A model generated the notes under the pieces. That model made no database searches and was not told the DNA's origin. It saw only the letters and a list, made by a program, of their open reading frames with translations. The position numbers and the translations under genes were made by a program. A stretch of DNA of 63,998 nt, the filler included, from Basidiobolus ranarum (Eukaryota), in assembly GCA_040143965.1 (NCBI GenBank). It is 9 parts of 9 records of this genome, joined end to end, with 100 filler letters (N's around TTAATTAATTAA, not from the genome) between each part and the next. Parts side by side here need not be neighbours in the genome. Positions count along the whole stretch, not along the records: positions 21,687 to 28,806 come from JASJQH010008051.1; positions 28,907 to 36,025 come from JASJQH010008052.1; positions 36,126 to 43,241 come from JASJQH010008053.1; 6 more parts are not named here. One strand, written 5' to 3'. The number at the start of each line of letters is the position of its first letter. Within the stretch, counting starts at the first letter, position 1. Shown in pieces: positions 26,752 to 38,555 of the stretch.

Positions 26752-28806
26752 ATGCGTTTCAAACTTGGGTTGTCAGCATGTTTTGCTGCCCTGATAGTCC
26801 TAACAGCAAAACATGTTTCAGCTCAGCCGCCTCGAAAACTCACCATCACCTCCGGAGTCCATGATACCGTCACGGGACTAACTTCCATGTTATCTCACGG
26901 AGCAGCCGTCAAAACACTTGCACGTTGTAATGATGGCACCGTTTCCTGCATTCCAGGTAAACAACACCAATACAAAAAATGCACAGATGGGAAATGGATT
27001 ATATATGAATGCCCCTGGCAGAAGAAACCAGAACTGATACAGTACATATGTGTTCCCGACGGCAATAAGGCACAGTGTCAGTACAGACAAGTTGCTACAA
27101 CAATCCCTACAGGTATAATTCAGTTTACATCCAAATCCGTCAAAACGGTAGCAGCAACATCAATGAAAGTCAATTATGAAACCTGTGATCGGTCATTTAA
27201 GCCCAAGTGCGCGGATCATCTCCATTTCCTTAGTTGTGTTAATGGCCAGATATACGAACAGACATGCACGTATGGATTAGTTTGTATTGATAATATGCCA
27301 GGAATTTATCCCGGATGCAATTCACCTATAGAATCAGGGGTGTTTACACTACCGACTATAACAAATGCTGAATGTCCTTGGGGAGCTGAACAATGTTTTT
27401 CCCGGGAGAAAGGAAGATTCTGTAATCTTCAGGGTAAATGGGAGGAATTCACCTGTTCGGAAGGATCTTATTGTGATAACGGATCCTGTATCTTGAGTGT
27501 CACAGCAAACGCGGGGAGTGCAGTAAAACGTACCCGATTCATTACACATACACATACTACCGTAGTAGCAGAAAAGACTCTGTCCCGAAAGAACACATGT
27601 CCTTATGATATAGCATGCCTAGAGTCAGGATATGGTCGACCTTACGAAGAATGTAAAATGGGTGAAATGGTGCTGTACAATTGTGCAGCTAATTCAATCT
27701 GCGTTAATTTTGAAAACGCAATTACGGGTCAATATGGAATAGAGTGCGTGTTAGAGATAGAGGGATTGCAAACACCATCACCAAACGCTGTCTCAACGAG
27801 AAAATTGCCAACTATAGATTCACCAAAATCAAAAACGACTACAACGACATTACCAAATTCAAACAGCGGTTCCAAGCCTTCAGTAACATCAACGCAAACT
27901 CCCAAGTGCGAAAAAGCGGCTTGCGAGAAACCAGGAAAATCTGGAGTCTTTTTCGCTTGTATCAACGGGAGCGTGAAGAGGTTATCATGTCAAAATAGTC
28001 AAATTTGCATCATGACAGAACGGGGTGTTACATGTATAGGGTCCCAGTTGCTAATTTCATCCAATGCACATTCAGACACACCCATATCAACAGTCTTCCA
28101 GATGCCATCGACTAAAAGCTATGTCAAAGAATCTACTACAACTTACGTTAGTCCGAAGATTATTAATACTATAACTTCAAACAGTAACAAAGCCAAATCA
28201 AATTCACAGCTTTCTAATAAATCTACGGTGACACATAATACTTCCGAAAATAACAGAACTCACCAATCGCTCGAGTCTTCCGAGAAAAAAGATTCTCTAA
28301 AGCCTACCGAGACTCAGGAATCTCCCACCACAACTGAGTCTCATCTTTATCATAATTCTTCAGTGACCCACCAATCTCAAAACTCCTCTCATGCCCACAA
28401 TTCTTACCAGTCTTCAAAGATTCATGATATTGAAAGATCCACAGCAACTCATGGCACTTTAAACCCTATCATGACCCACAACTCTCACGGATCAAGTCAG
28501 ATTCACGTCACTACCAGGAACACCCAAAAGTACGACAGGTCTACGCTCCAGTCCAAGGAGAGGCCCAACCCTCACAAGTCTGATATGAGCCACGTCACTG
28601 ATAATTTCACAAAGACTTACAATTCTGATAGGTCAAGAGCGACTGAGGACACACAAAGGTCAACAGAGATTCAACAAGCGCACACGTCCACCAAAACTGG
28701 CGACTTTATCAAGTCTAACCAGACGCGTGACACTCAGAAGTCCAACGAGAAACGTGTAACTTTCAAGTCTACCGAGAATCACGAAACTAACTTGTCTTCC
28801 GTGACT
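26752..28806 (+). CDS. Secreted protein with five Cys-rich (CBM19-like) modules and a Ser/Thr/His-rich tail, 3' truncated
   Basis: Signal peptide MRFKLGLSACFAALIVLTAKHVSA; repeated six-Cys units with CxxGxW/CxNG cores; open frame up to the linker. Confidence 0.7.
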
Positions 28807-28906
28807 NNNNNNNNNNNNNNNNNNNNNNNNNNNNNNNNNNNNNNNNNNNNTTAATTAATTAANNNNNNNNNNNNNNNNNNNNNNNNNNNNNNNNNNNNNN
28901 NNNNNN
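28807..28906. other. Artificial contig linker
   Basis: N44-TTAATTAATTAA-N44. Confidence 0.99.
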
Positions 28907-29131
28907 TGATTAATTTAGCAGACAATCCTTCTCCTTTTGTACCAGATTGATTGACAGTTGTAAGCCGTATTTGGAAAAATACTGGTAGACTAATCCCATC
29001 TCATTACAGTTAAGCTTAGAGTAATCCTGATAGAATCAATGTGGTTGGAGTGGCGCTAACTATGTTCTGTGATTGAAGTGGTTGGAACTACATTCAGTGG
29101 TCCAAAGTAAATGGGTATCCAAGGTATGGGA

Positions 29132-29223
29132 TTTGACGAAAGATGTTTATTGAAGGATTTATTTTGACGAAAGATGTTTACTGAAGGATTTATTTTGACG
29201 AAAGAAGTTTATTGAAGGATTTA
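29132..29223. repeat. Tandem repeat, 31 bp x 3
   Basis: GACGAAAGA(T/A)GTTTA(T/C)TGAAGGATTTA recurs at 29135, 29166 and 29197. Confidence 0.95.
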
Positions 29224-29350
29224 CTTCAACTCCAGTGGTCTTGAATTCTATTTTATATAGCGCTGTAGTAATACCCACTCGACAGAACTCTCTGCAGTTA
29301 ACATAGATAAATACAATACGATGAAGATGTCTGTTACGACATTTTCCTGC

Positions 29351-30456
29351 CTACATCCATAAAGAACAACCCCCATCAATAGCAATAGTAGAGCCATTGA
29401 TATAAGCAGATGCTTTCGAACACAAGAATAACGCTAAGCCACCCATATCTGTTTCATTCCCGATACGGCCTATAGAGTATCTTTGGTGAGCAATTTAAAG
29501 CACTTTGTGATGAAGTAATTAATGAATGTTCTACCTTGTGGTATTGCTTGTAAAAATTCAGGGTTCTCAATGACATCTTTACTCATTTCGCTGTTCGTAG
29601 AATTAGAGTTAGAACACCATAACTCACAAGTGTATAAGAATCACAAACCTTGGGAAGAATCCGGGAGCAATGCATACCACATTGATTTTCCTACCAGCCA
29701 AATGTGAAGACAATATAGAAGATAAATGGAGCACAGCAGCTTTTGAGCTTTGGTAGGAGTACGCCTTAAAGCCAGGGCTATGAATAACCCCTAAGATATT
29801 GATTGGGTTAGGTTCTTTCTGTATGTGACTTGAATAAAGTGATAGAACCTGCAATCGATCCAATATTTATAACTCTTGCTGGGTCGCCACTCTGACGTTT
29901 TGATGCTTCCAGCAATGGCAGACAACTGAATTCAAATGTGAAGATCAGCAAGACTTTAACATGAAACACTCTCAATGTACACTTGATACTCACGCAACAG
30001 TCAACTGAAACACGGATGTGACGTTGAGCCTATATTCTTGATCCCAATGCTCATCAGGAAACTGTTCAAGCGGTGCTTCGTGGGCCACTCCAGAATTATT
30101 GATTAAAAAATCTAAATGTTGTTCTTGCTCAGCGACTCTGTGGGCTAAAGCTTCGCATTCTTGTTTAGATGAAAGATCGGCTTGTATGGCCTTGCATGTA
30201 CCGGGGCCGAGCTTTGTTAACTCGGCGGCCACACTCTCAATTAACTCTAAACGACGACTTGCGATGTATACTTTGGCTCCATTAGCTACCAGAGCTTTTG
30301 TGATCATAAGACCGATACTGCATCCAACATTAGTAATTCAAGGTATGGACCAGATTAAATGAATTCTTACCCAGTACCGCCTCCAGTAATCAAGCCAACA
30401 CGCCCAGAAACATCAAACAGATTTCCGACAGTGAATTGAGATAGCTCAGTAGACAT
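29351..30456 (-). CDS. Short-chain dehydrogenase/reductase (6 exons)
   Basis: TGGGTGIG cofactor loop (spliced), LINNSG, RVINIGS, catalytic YSYQSSK, IAPGFFP and C-terminal INGSTIAIDGG. Confidence 0.92.
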
Positions 30457-30506
30457 TTTAGTAATTTGTTGGTCGATAGTTGGAGATTTGTTCGAAAGTG
30501 AAGCAT

Positions 30507-30591
30507 GCTTTTATACTCTCAGTGCTTAGCAAAAGGCTATCAATACTACCTGCTTAGTAAAAGACTTCCAACGATCTCTGCTTAGTAAAAG
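30507..30591 (-). promoter_or_regulatory. SDR promoter: TATA box plus three periodic AP-1/Yap1-like sites
   Basis: TATAAAAG on minus strand at ~30508-30515; TGCTTAG(C/T)AAAAG at 30523, 30551 and 30579, two of which contain TTAGTAA (TTACTAA on the gene strand). Confidence 0.55.
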
Positions 30592-30867
30592 AATGAGGAT
30601 ATTGTACTGTTTACATGTGGCGTATTCATTCACTCACCATCAGCTTCTATTCGTATATGTTTGAGAATGTATCAACCATTTATTTGTTAGCCAAATAAAA
30701 CTGATTGTTTTGCTCCGCAGCGGCACTGATTAGTAATATATTGATTGCGAATTGAAAATGTTGGTAGTATAGCACCAGTGCCTTGCCTAGTCAACATGGG
30801 AAATAGATGAGAAAGTAACATCATATTTGTTTGCCCAATGGGCTTAAGCTAGCTGTAGGTATTCAGA

Positions 30868-30933
30868 GTGTACGTGATTTGGTTGAGAACTTGACACTAT
30901 GTGTGCGTGATTTGGTTGAGAACTTGACACTAT
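30868..30933. repeat. Tandem duplication, 33 bp x 2
   Basis: GTGT(A/G)CGTGATTTGGTTGAGAACTTGACACTAT twice, one mismatch. Confidence 0.95.
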
Positions 30934-31318
30934 GGCATTGGCACCTCCAGCAGCCATTGAGCTATCAGGTAAGTTGATTTTATATTTGCGATTGGCTAAT
31001 AGATGCTACTTGATCCCTTCATTGCCAGAAAGCTATAAGCCCGATATACTCTTATATATCTTTCGCTGTCAGCCATAGAAATGCAATTCACCACGTATTC
31101 TAGTCAACAAAACAAGATCACATGCATGGTGACCAATTTTAACTATATACCAAGCTATATATGATTATATAGATGTTTAGGCTATGCTTATTTCAACAAA
31201 AAAATGATGCTACTCACTTTATTCCTTGTAGTAAATGTGAAGTCGAAAGCATATCATATGTCACTGCTTGAGAACATATGGCACTGTTGGGCTTGATCTT
31301 TTGGCTTAATGATGGTAC

Positions 31319-31384
31319 CAACAGCAGATAGTTAACCCTCTATTACTCTTGCAACAGCAGATAGTTAACCCTCTATTACTCTTG
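31319..31384. repeat. Tandem duplication, 33 bp x 2
   Basis: CAACAGCAGATAGTTAACCCTCTATTACTCTTG twice, perfect. Confidence 0.95.
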
Positions 31385-32273
31385 GATAATTTTGAGAACC
31401 GACTCAAGACCCTAACCTTCTAGCGTTCTAGCCTGCTCCTACTATGTACAGTGTGAGCTGGTCCCATTTCTTCAAAGAAAATAGTGGACTTGATAACTGA
31501 GATGCTGCTGCAATATATACAGATATGTTTTATAGTAACTGGTCTTGTAAATACCCCCGTGGCTGATCAAATTTTGTGTCATCAGGCTCGCAAAATGAAA
31601 AAATCATTACCCTTCTTGCATCGTTATGAAATATGTTGATTGAATTGGCGGTCATTCCATTAGACAAGTAGCATCAAGATAATTAGTATTTCAGTTGAAG
31701 AGAAAAAATCTGGACATGGGATGCCTCATTAAGGAAAACAAAGAAACTGTGAGAGACAAATTGGCATTCAACTAAAGTTGAGCCTCATTCTAGCCTGGCA
31801 CTAGCTATGTGGTTTTGTGGAATACATAAAATATTGACATATTCTTCTAATTACCCTTAACACCATCAACCACTACTAAATTGACCTTGAATATGCTGAT
31901 AAAAAACTCAGCAAAATAGTTGCGCACTTCCCATATTGTCAGTTTCTCCAATCAAAAACCCAACTGACAGAAACAATCAATATTGCAATGATCCGCCTAT
32001 TGGGAAGCCTATTGGGAAAATAAACGCTCCAATCACCTTTAGCTTAAATATAAACTGAAGGCTTAGACACTTACCTAACCCTCTATGTTTTAGGAAATAC
32101 TCCTCCTCCCTCGCCCACCTAAGATCAGCATGGTATCGTCTTTACGCTCGTAATGGATACTCTCTGGGCTTATTAGAGAATCAGGGGGTATTGATGAGAT
32201 CTATATAAGAAGTAACTACGAGCATTTCCATCCAAACAAAAACCCAATAGCTTTTGAACTCTCCAAGTCGGTC

Positions 32274-33488
32274 ATGCGCTTTCAGTATACTTCCTTAGCG
32301 CTCTTGGCCTTATATAAATTAGCCAAAGCTCAAGAAGCAGAGTCCTCCACCTTGGCAGAAATTGACCCTGCCTGGATTAGTGAATACGACCTCTCAGGTG
32401 TGCCAGATGTCGCACCAAGACCAATGGGATCTGGTACCTGTCCGAACTCTCAATGTGGGCCGAAAGACTGTGAGAACTGTTGGGAAACGTGTGGTAATTG
32501 TGCCTTACCTGATGACATCTATGGCTGTCAAGCCGGTCAGTGGGCTCTAACATTTGACGATGGACCATCTCAATATACATCGCAACTACTTGATATCCTT
32601 GCTGCTGCCAACGTTAAAGCCACATTCCAAATGATCGGCTCAAATGTGATCCAATTTCCAGATGTAGTTAAAAGAGCTTATGATGAAGGTCACCAAATCG
32701 CTTCTCACACATGGTCACATCCACATTTAATGTCTCTCTCTAACGATCAGATTGTCGCTGAGGTAAAAGCTACGGAGAATGCTCTCCTTAATATAACTGG
32801 GGCAAAGCCTGCTTATATTCGCCCACCTTATGGTGAGGCAGATGATCGTGTTAAAGCCATCTTCAAGGCAATGGGATATCATACTCTGTTATGGAACATG
32901 GATACCCTGGATTGGGATATTTCGGAGAAGAAGGAAAATGCTAGTCTCATCCTAGACTCTTTCAAGTCCGCTCTAACTAAAGGTACTGATCTTAACGCCC
33001 ACAACGACCCCGGATTCATCTCATTGCAGCATGATATTTATATCGATACTGTTCAACAGACACCCAACATAGAACAACTTCTGGCTCAGTATAATTTCCA
33101 TCTTGTTCTTGCTTACGAATGTGCCAACTTGCCCCCATATCAAAACCTGAGTCAGAACACTACCACTGTACCTAGCAGTACTCCTACCTCCAGCAGAAAT
33201 AGTACTACTAATATTTCTGAGCCTAATGATGACGCTGACTCTAATTCAGGCGGTAATGATGATTCAGACTCCGCCAGTGCCCCAGATGAAGATGATTCTA
33301 ACACTAGTGCCCCTGGTGATGTCCCTGATGATGACTCTAACACCAGGGTTGTATCTAAAAATACAGTTTCATTATCGAAACGAGGCGAGATCAACTCTTC
33401 AGGCAGAACATCAAATATGTCAACTTATAATGTATCACTCCACTCTTTCCTATTCATACTCTTTTCTTCACATTTCCTATTGGCTTAG
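32274..33488 (+). CDS. Chitin/polysaccharide deacetylase (CE4, NodB domain), secreted, probably GPI-anchored
   Basis: Signal peptide; TFDDGP, HTWSHPHL, RPPYG, DTLDW and LQHD motifs; Ser/Thr/Asp-rich stalk; hydrophobic C-terminus; TATA-like TATATAAG at ~32203. Confidence 0.93.
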   Translation: MRFQYTSLALLALYKLAKAQEAESSTLAEIDPAWISEYDLSGVPDVAPRPMGSGTCPNSQCGPKDCENCWETCGNCALPDDIYGCQAGQWALTFDDGPSQYTSQLLDILAAANVKATFQMIGSNVIQFPDVVKRAYDEGHQIASHTWSHPHLMSLSNDQIVAEVKATENALLNITGAKPAYIRPPYGEADDRVKAIFKAMGYHTLLWNMDTLDWDISEKKENASLILDSFKSALTKGTDLNAHNDPGFISLQHDIYIDTVQQTPNIEQLLAQYNFHLVLAYECANLPPYQNLSQNTTTVPSSTPTSSRNSTTNISEPNDDADSNSGGNDDSDSASAPDEDDSNTSAPGDVPDDDSNTRVVSKNTVSLSKRGEINSSGRTSNMSTYNVSLHSFLFILFSSHFLLA

Positions 33489-34028
33489 GCTACTTGTGAC
33501 CTTTCAGACACATCATGTGATCTTCATTTCAGAGATACCTTACTTCATTCTATCATGTGATCTTCATTTCATTTTATCATATCTTCATACTGACAAACGC
33601 ATTTCATTATCATTTGGTATTGACTTTGTCGACACTAAGAAATAGAAGTAAATGTTTACTTCAAATGTTATGTTATTGAGACTTGTAGCCCAACTGCTGT
33701 TTACTTTGCTTTGAAACTAGATAATATCTAATTAGTGAGTTTTCAACTTCATGTACCAATTCAAATGGTGGCAATCATTTACATCGATATTTCCATTTAT
33801 GGAGAATCATACGATCTCTTAAGCGAAATAAGTGATAATATTGGAGAGGACATCGTAATGCAGTATTATTTAATGAAATCAAATTTTTCACTTGCTTGAG
33901 TAATTCTTGAGATATTCAACTCTTGTAACTCTTTAGTAGACCTTTCTATCGAGGCTTTTCTTCCACGGCATCTTTAGTTGTTTTTTTATTCCTCTCATCC
34001 CTTTATATTCCCTTTTTATACTGCCATC

Positions 34029-35410
34029 ATGTACTCTGTTCGTGTTTTAAACTCTGTCAAAAATGGCCTAGGAAGACAGGCTACAGTAAACTACAAGGCG
34101 ATTACTTCTAGATCTTTTACTTCAACCACCCCTGCCAGAGAGGGAGTATTCTCAAAATTCATGGAAACTATCAAAGCTCAAATTGCACGTAACAAGGAAC
34201 TTAAGGAAGGTGTTCAGAAACTCCAAGAAGAAACTACTAAACTCTCTGACTCTGACGCGTTAAAGAGAGCCAAAGAACTTTTTGAAAAAGCCAAACAAAC
34301 CGAGACAAGTGCTTCTACCGAGAATATTAAGAAGACTATCGAAGACTTGAAAAAATCCGCTGAACAAGTGACTAAAACTGTTCACGAAACTGTCAAAGAT
34401 GCTTCCGATTCGGAATTCGCTAAAGCTACCAAAGAAACCGTAGAAAAGACTTCCACTGCTTTTAAATCGGCTACTGAACCTATCCGTAATACTGCCACTT
34501 ATCAAACCTTGAAGAAATCCGTGTCTAGCTTTGTTGAAGAAGGAAGCTCTCGTTACGGTGGAATTAAGCCCAAAGAAGTCAGAAGAAAAGTCCGCAGCAA
34601 GCAGCCCGAGGAAACCTTACACACTCATAAATCCAGACATGTTGATGAGGATCCTACTGCTGGTGCTCAGATGGTCATGCACAAAGACTCTGCCTGGAAA
34701 GAGAGTTGGAATAAATTCAAGGATAGTAACCCAGTGTTCCAAGGAGTATTCCGTATGAAGAGATCTTACGAAGATAGTGACAACATTTTCGTTTCCTACT
34801 CTCGTTTGGTTACGGATAAAATTACCGATGCCTTTGGTTCCTTGTTTGAGGAATCTGAGACTGCGCAAGCCATCAAGTCGTTCCAAAACAATATCGACAG
34901 ATCGTTCAATGTTGAGAAATTCGTCAAAGAGGCTAGAGAGTACATCATTCCCGAAGTCATGGATGCCTACCTTAAGGGAGACAATGACGCCTTAAAAGAA
35001 TGGTGTTCCGAGGCCACATTCAATGTCCTCACAGCTGGTATTCAAGCTCAGATGCAACAAGGACTTGTCAGTGATTGCAAACTTCTCGATCTTCGTAATG
35101 TTGAATTTGTGACAGCTAAACTTCTAGATAATGATGTTCCTGTCTTTGTTTTATCATTCAACACTCAAGAAGTCATCGTATTCCGCAACGCTATGACTCG
35201 TGAAATAGTCTTCGGTCAAGAAGTAGGTTTATCTTAACTGATGTATACATTGAGGCACTTTTAACCAACATTTCATTTCTCTAGGATAACATAGAACAGG
35301 TCACCTACGCTTGCGTTCTAACCAAGCAAATTGAAGATCTCCAGAACCCCATCACTGGTGGGTGGAGAGTCATTGATATGGCCAAGCATGATGCTAGACC
35401 CACTTGGTAG
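34029..35410 (+). CDS. TIM44: Mitochondrial import translocase subunit Tim44 (2 exons; intron 35223-35284)
   Basis: Presequence, YGG motif, WKESWNKFKDSNPV, EYIIPEVMDAY, LKEWCSEA and final exon NPITGGWRVIDMA. Confidence 0.93.
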
Positions 35411-35711
35411 TCATGTTTTTGTTTCGTCCTCATTAACAACTAGTCAATCCGCACTCCCAATCACCATTCCTTCAAAGAATCTTCATATACATCATTTAGA
35501 AGCATCATTATACTTTAAATAAATCCACGCATCGAGTAGCCACAGCAACAAAATTGAGTAATTAATAGACGGTGGCACATGGGTAAAGATCACTATGTAC
35601 GCTTGAGATGGGGGGAATTGGGAAATTGAGGTCAGAAGTATATTTATTAATACAAACACCACTTGGATAATAGTAGAGACAAGTGTTTGCATGGATACCT
35701 ATGGATACACT

Positions 35712-36025
<314 letters not shown>

Positions 36026-36125
36026 NNNNNNNNNNNNNNNNNNNNNNNNNNNNNNNNNNNNNNNNNNNNTTAATTAATTAANNNNNNNNNNNNNNNNNNN
36101 NNNNNNNNNNNNNNNNNNNNNNNNN
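36026..36125. other. Artificial contig linker
   Basis: N44-TTAATTAATTAA-N44. Confidence 0.99.
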
Positions 36126-36330
36126 ACCGGTTCAAGAACTAACGCAGTACCCTCGACAATAGAATCAATCGCTGAACGAGCTTTTTCTGTGGTTTTGACA
36201 CAGGAAGAACAAGTCATTCCTTCAATTTACATGGTGCCACGACTCAGATAAACTTGGGCCTTAGCGGGCTTTTGGCCGATGGTTTCCCATTGCAGGTCAA
36301 CACTTTTTCTTTTGCCATGTGTCTTCACTT
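36126..36330 (-). pseudogene. Heavy-metal-associated (HMA) domain fragment, Cu-ATPase-like, with an in-frame stop
   Basis: Reads RGTM*IEGMTCSSCVKTTEKA; GMTCxxC motif at 36200-36220, TAA at 36227-36229; cut by the contig edge. Confidence 0.55.
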
Positions 36331-37799
36331 ATATCCAATTTTTTGCGATCGTCCCATTTATTGTATGAAATGTCTAATTGATTTATCTATTTCCTCTCAT
36401 TTTAGATTAAAACACTATACAATATAATACCAATTGAAATGAGATGTGCCTTAGAATATGGTTTGAGGGTTTTGGGCGAGTGAGAACCTAGGTTAACTTT
36501 TACCATTATAAGACACATCCGCTCTGGACTTTCCAATTATTCGCAAATAAACCGCCGAAAAGCATCTGTGACGTATTTGGAGACTCGACGGCCATATCCC
36601 GGCTCCATTAACATCTGGAAAATTGTTGCCGTTCTTGGAGCTAGTGTTTAATTTATCAGTTATGGAGCTTAGTAAGATCACTTTTTCTCTTCACTTCCCC
36701 GTATGGTACAAAGCGGAGATGGATATCTCTGGATCTAGTTGACAATTCTTCATCTTACTACATTTGACCAAGCCCAATCTTCTATGCATGCATCTAGTAA
36801 CGGCAGTTTTAACCGTTAGCTCTCTATAAATAGTGGATCACAGGTGCCAGCCCATATTTAGTAATCTCTTTAGCAAGTATTCTTGGTGTCTGATGTCAGG
36901 CTTGACCAACAAATCCTTGGACCGATTAAAATGGATGATGACCATGTTGCAAATAGCTATATTCCAAGCAATGACGACAAGTTACCAGATGACATACATC
37001 ATAATGATTCTGCCCATTACCACTCTGGATATCTGATCTGAATAAACAGCCCTACACTCACGAAGCCCAAACCTCTGGGTACACTTATCATGTAGCACAT
37101 GCATATCTCTAGACGTACGTTGGCTCCTGTTACCATATTTATATGTCTACAACCACATGCTCCAATAGCACGTCCAAGATTTCAAGCTGATCACCAACGA
37201 ATGCACCCATATGCCAGTTAAAATTCCCACTTCAGGGAGTGACTTCCATCATAGTATATTTAGATGATGTCCATGATACCTTCTACATCCGGTAGCCAAT
37301 AAAATCCCGCAGTCTGATGAACTGCTGAGATGAAAGTTAGTCTGAGATCGTGCAGGTGGTTGGGCAACGAATTCATTAAATAAAACTTCCATAATTGTCT
37401 GTTGACTTTCCAGATCACCAACATGATATGGTATTGTAGGGTTGTCCCCTCCATAGATAGATAGCAGACGTGTGTGCATGGCAAAGTACAAAATCAACTC
37501 GAAGGATACTCGCACCATTTGAATACTCCAAGTCACGGGACTGAGCATGAAGCTTGGAGTGATGAATCGAATACATTAGTCATTAACATTCAATTAGCTA
37601 TCGCTCATTCCATCATAACATCTTCGACTAGGTGTAATGAATTTAGCAAGAAGCCTAATTGGGGACGATGCATAAAGAGATGATAAAATCTAGTTCTCTC
37701 CAATTGGCGAGAAATTCAGTATTGGGCGTATTTCATTGGCTCATGCTACTATTATATCATTTATTAATATTAAATTAATCTTATTCAATATCTGACTAC

Positions 37800-38555
37800 T
37801 CAATACATGCTCAAAAATCCAATAATGGGCAAAAGAGTCCAATAGGCGGAAGAAGTGGTCAATCCAGTGGCAGCACTTTTGGCAGCTGCGATGGAACCCT
37901 GGGGCTCACCAGTGGGGAGGGAACCAGAGGGCTTGGATGCAACTGAGTGAGCAGTGCCAACTGATGAGGGAGTAACTGAAGGAGCGACTGAGGAAGTGAC
38001 TTGGGAGATGGCTGAGGAAATGCTAGAAAGGGTGGTGGCCTGGGAGTGTTGAGTAGTGGTAGGAACAGCGACAGTGGAGTTAGCAGCAGATGAAGAGGCA
38101 GGCTGAGCAGCAGAGGTAGGGGAAGCTAATGCACCGGTTCCAACACCTGATGGTGAAGGGGCAGTGCTGTCGGAATTAGTGATAGTAAAGCGAGTAGTCC
38201 AGAAAAGGAATGGTTCACTTGGATCACTTGGGTTAGGAGCGGTAAAACGCAAAAAGTAAATTTTACCATAAGGAGAGACATTAGGGACGACATACTCGAG
38301 GGAAGTAGTGGAGCCTGCAACGTTGCTTGCAACCACTGCTAGCTTATTTTGTACCTGATCAGTTCCAGTGTAAAGAGCAACTTCGAAAGGCTGAATGGCG
38401 CTAAGAGGAGGAAGTTGTTTATTGTCACTCCATTGAATAGTGACTTTACTTCCAACCTTCCAGACAGTATCACCAACTGGAGTTGCAGGGTAAATACCAG
38501 CATGAGCAACACCAGTGAGGCCCATGAGCATAGCAGAAAGCAAGGAGAACTTCAT
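37800..38555 (-). CDS. Ser/Thr-rich GPI-anchored cell-wall protein with a Kre9/Knh1-like N-terminal domain
   Basis: Signal peptide MKFSLLSAMLMGLTGVAHA; PVGDTVWKVGSKVTIQW...YFLRF...WTTRFTI; S/T/A stalk; hydrophobic tail. Confidence 0.85.
   Translation of the reverse strand: MKFSLLSAMLMGLTGVAHAGIYPATPVGDTVWKVGSKVTIQWSDNKQLPPLSAIQPFEVALYTGTDQVQNKLAVVASNVAGSTTSLEYVVPNVSPYGKIYFLRFTAPNPSDPSEPFLFWTTRFTITNSDSTAPSPSGVGTGALASPTSAAQPASSSAANSTVAVPTTTQHSQATTLSSISSAISQVTSSVAPSVTPSSVGTAHSVASKPSGSLPTGEPQGSIAAAKSAATGLTTSSAYWTLLPIIGFLSMY

Noticed and set aside
29132-30591. CRISPR-like appearance of the 31-bp repeats and the 13-bp repeat/15-bp spacer array
   Set aside because: The 31-mers have no spacers, the 13-mers are far too short, there are no cas genes, and the context is eukaryotic
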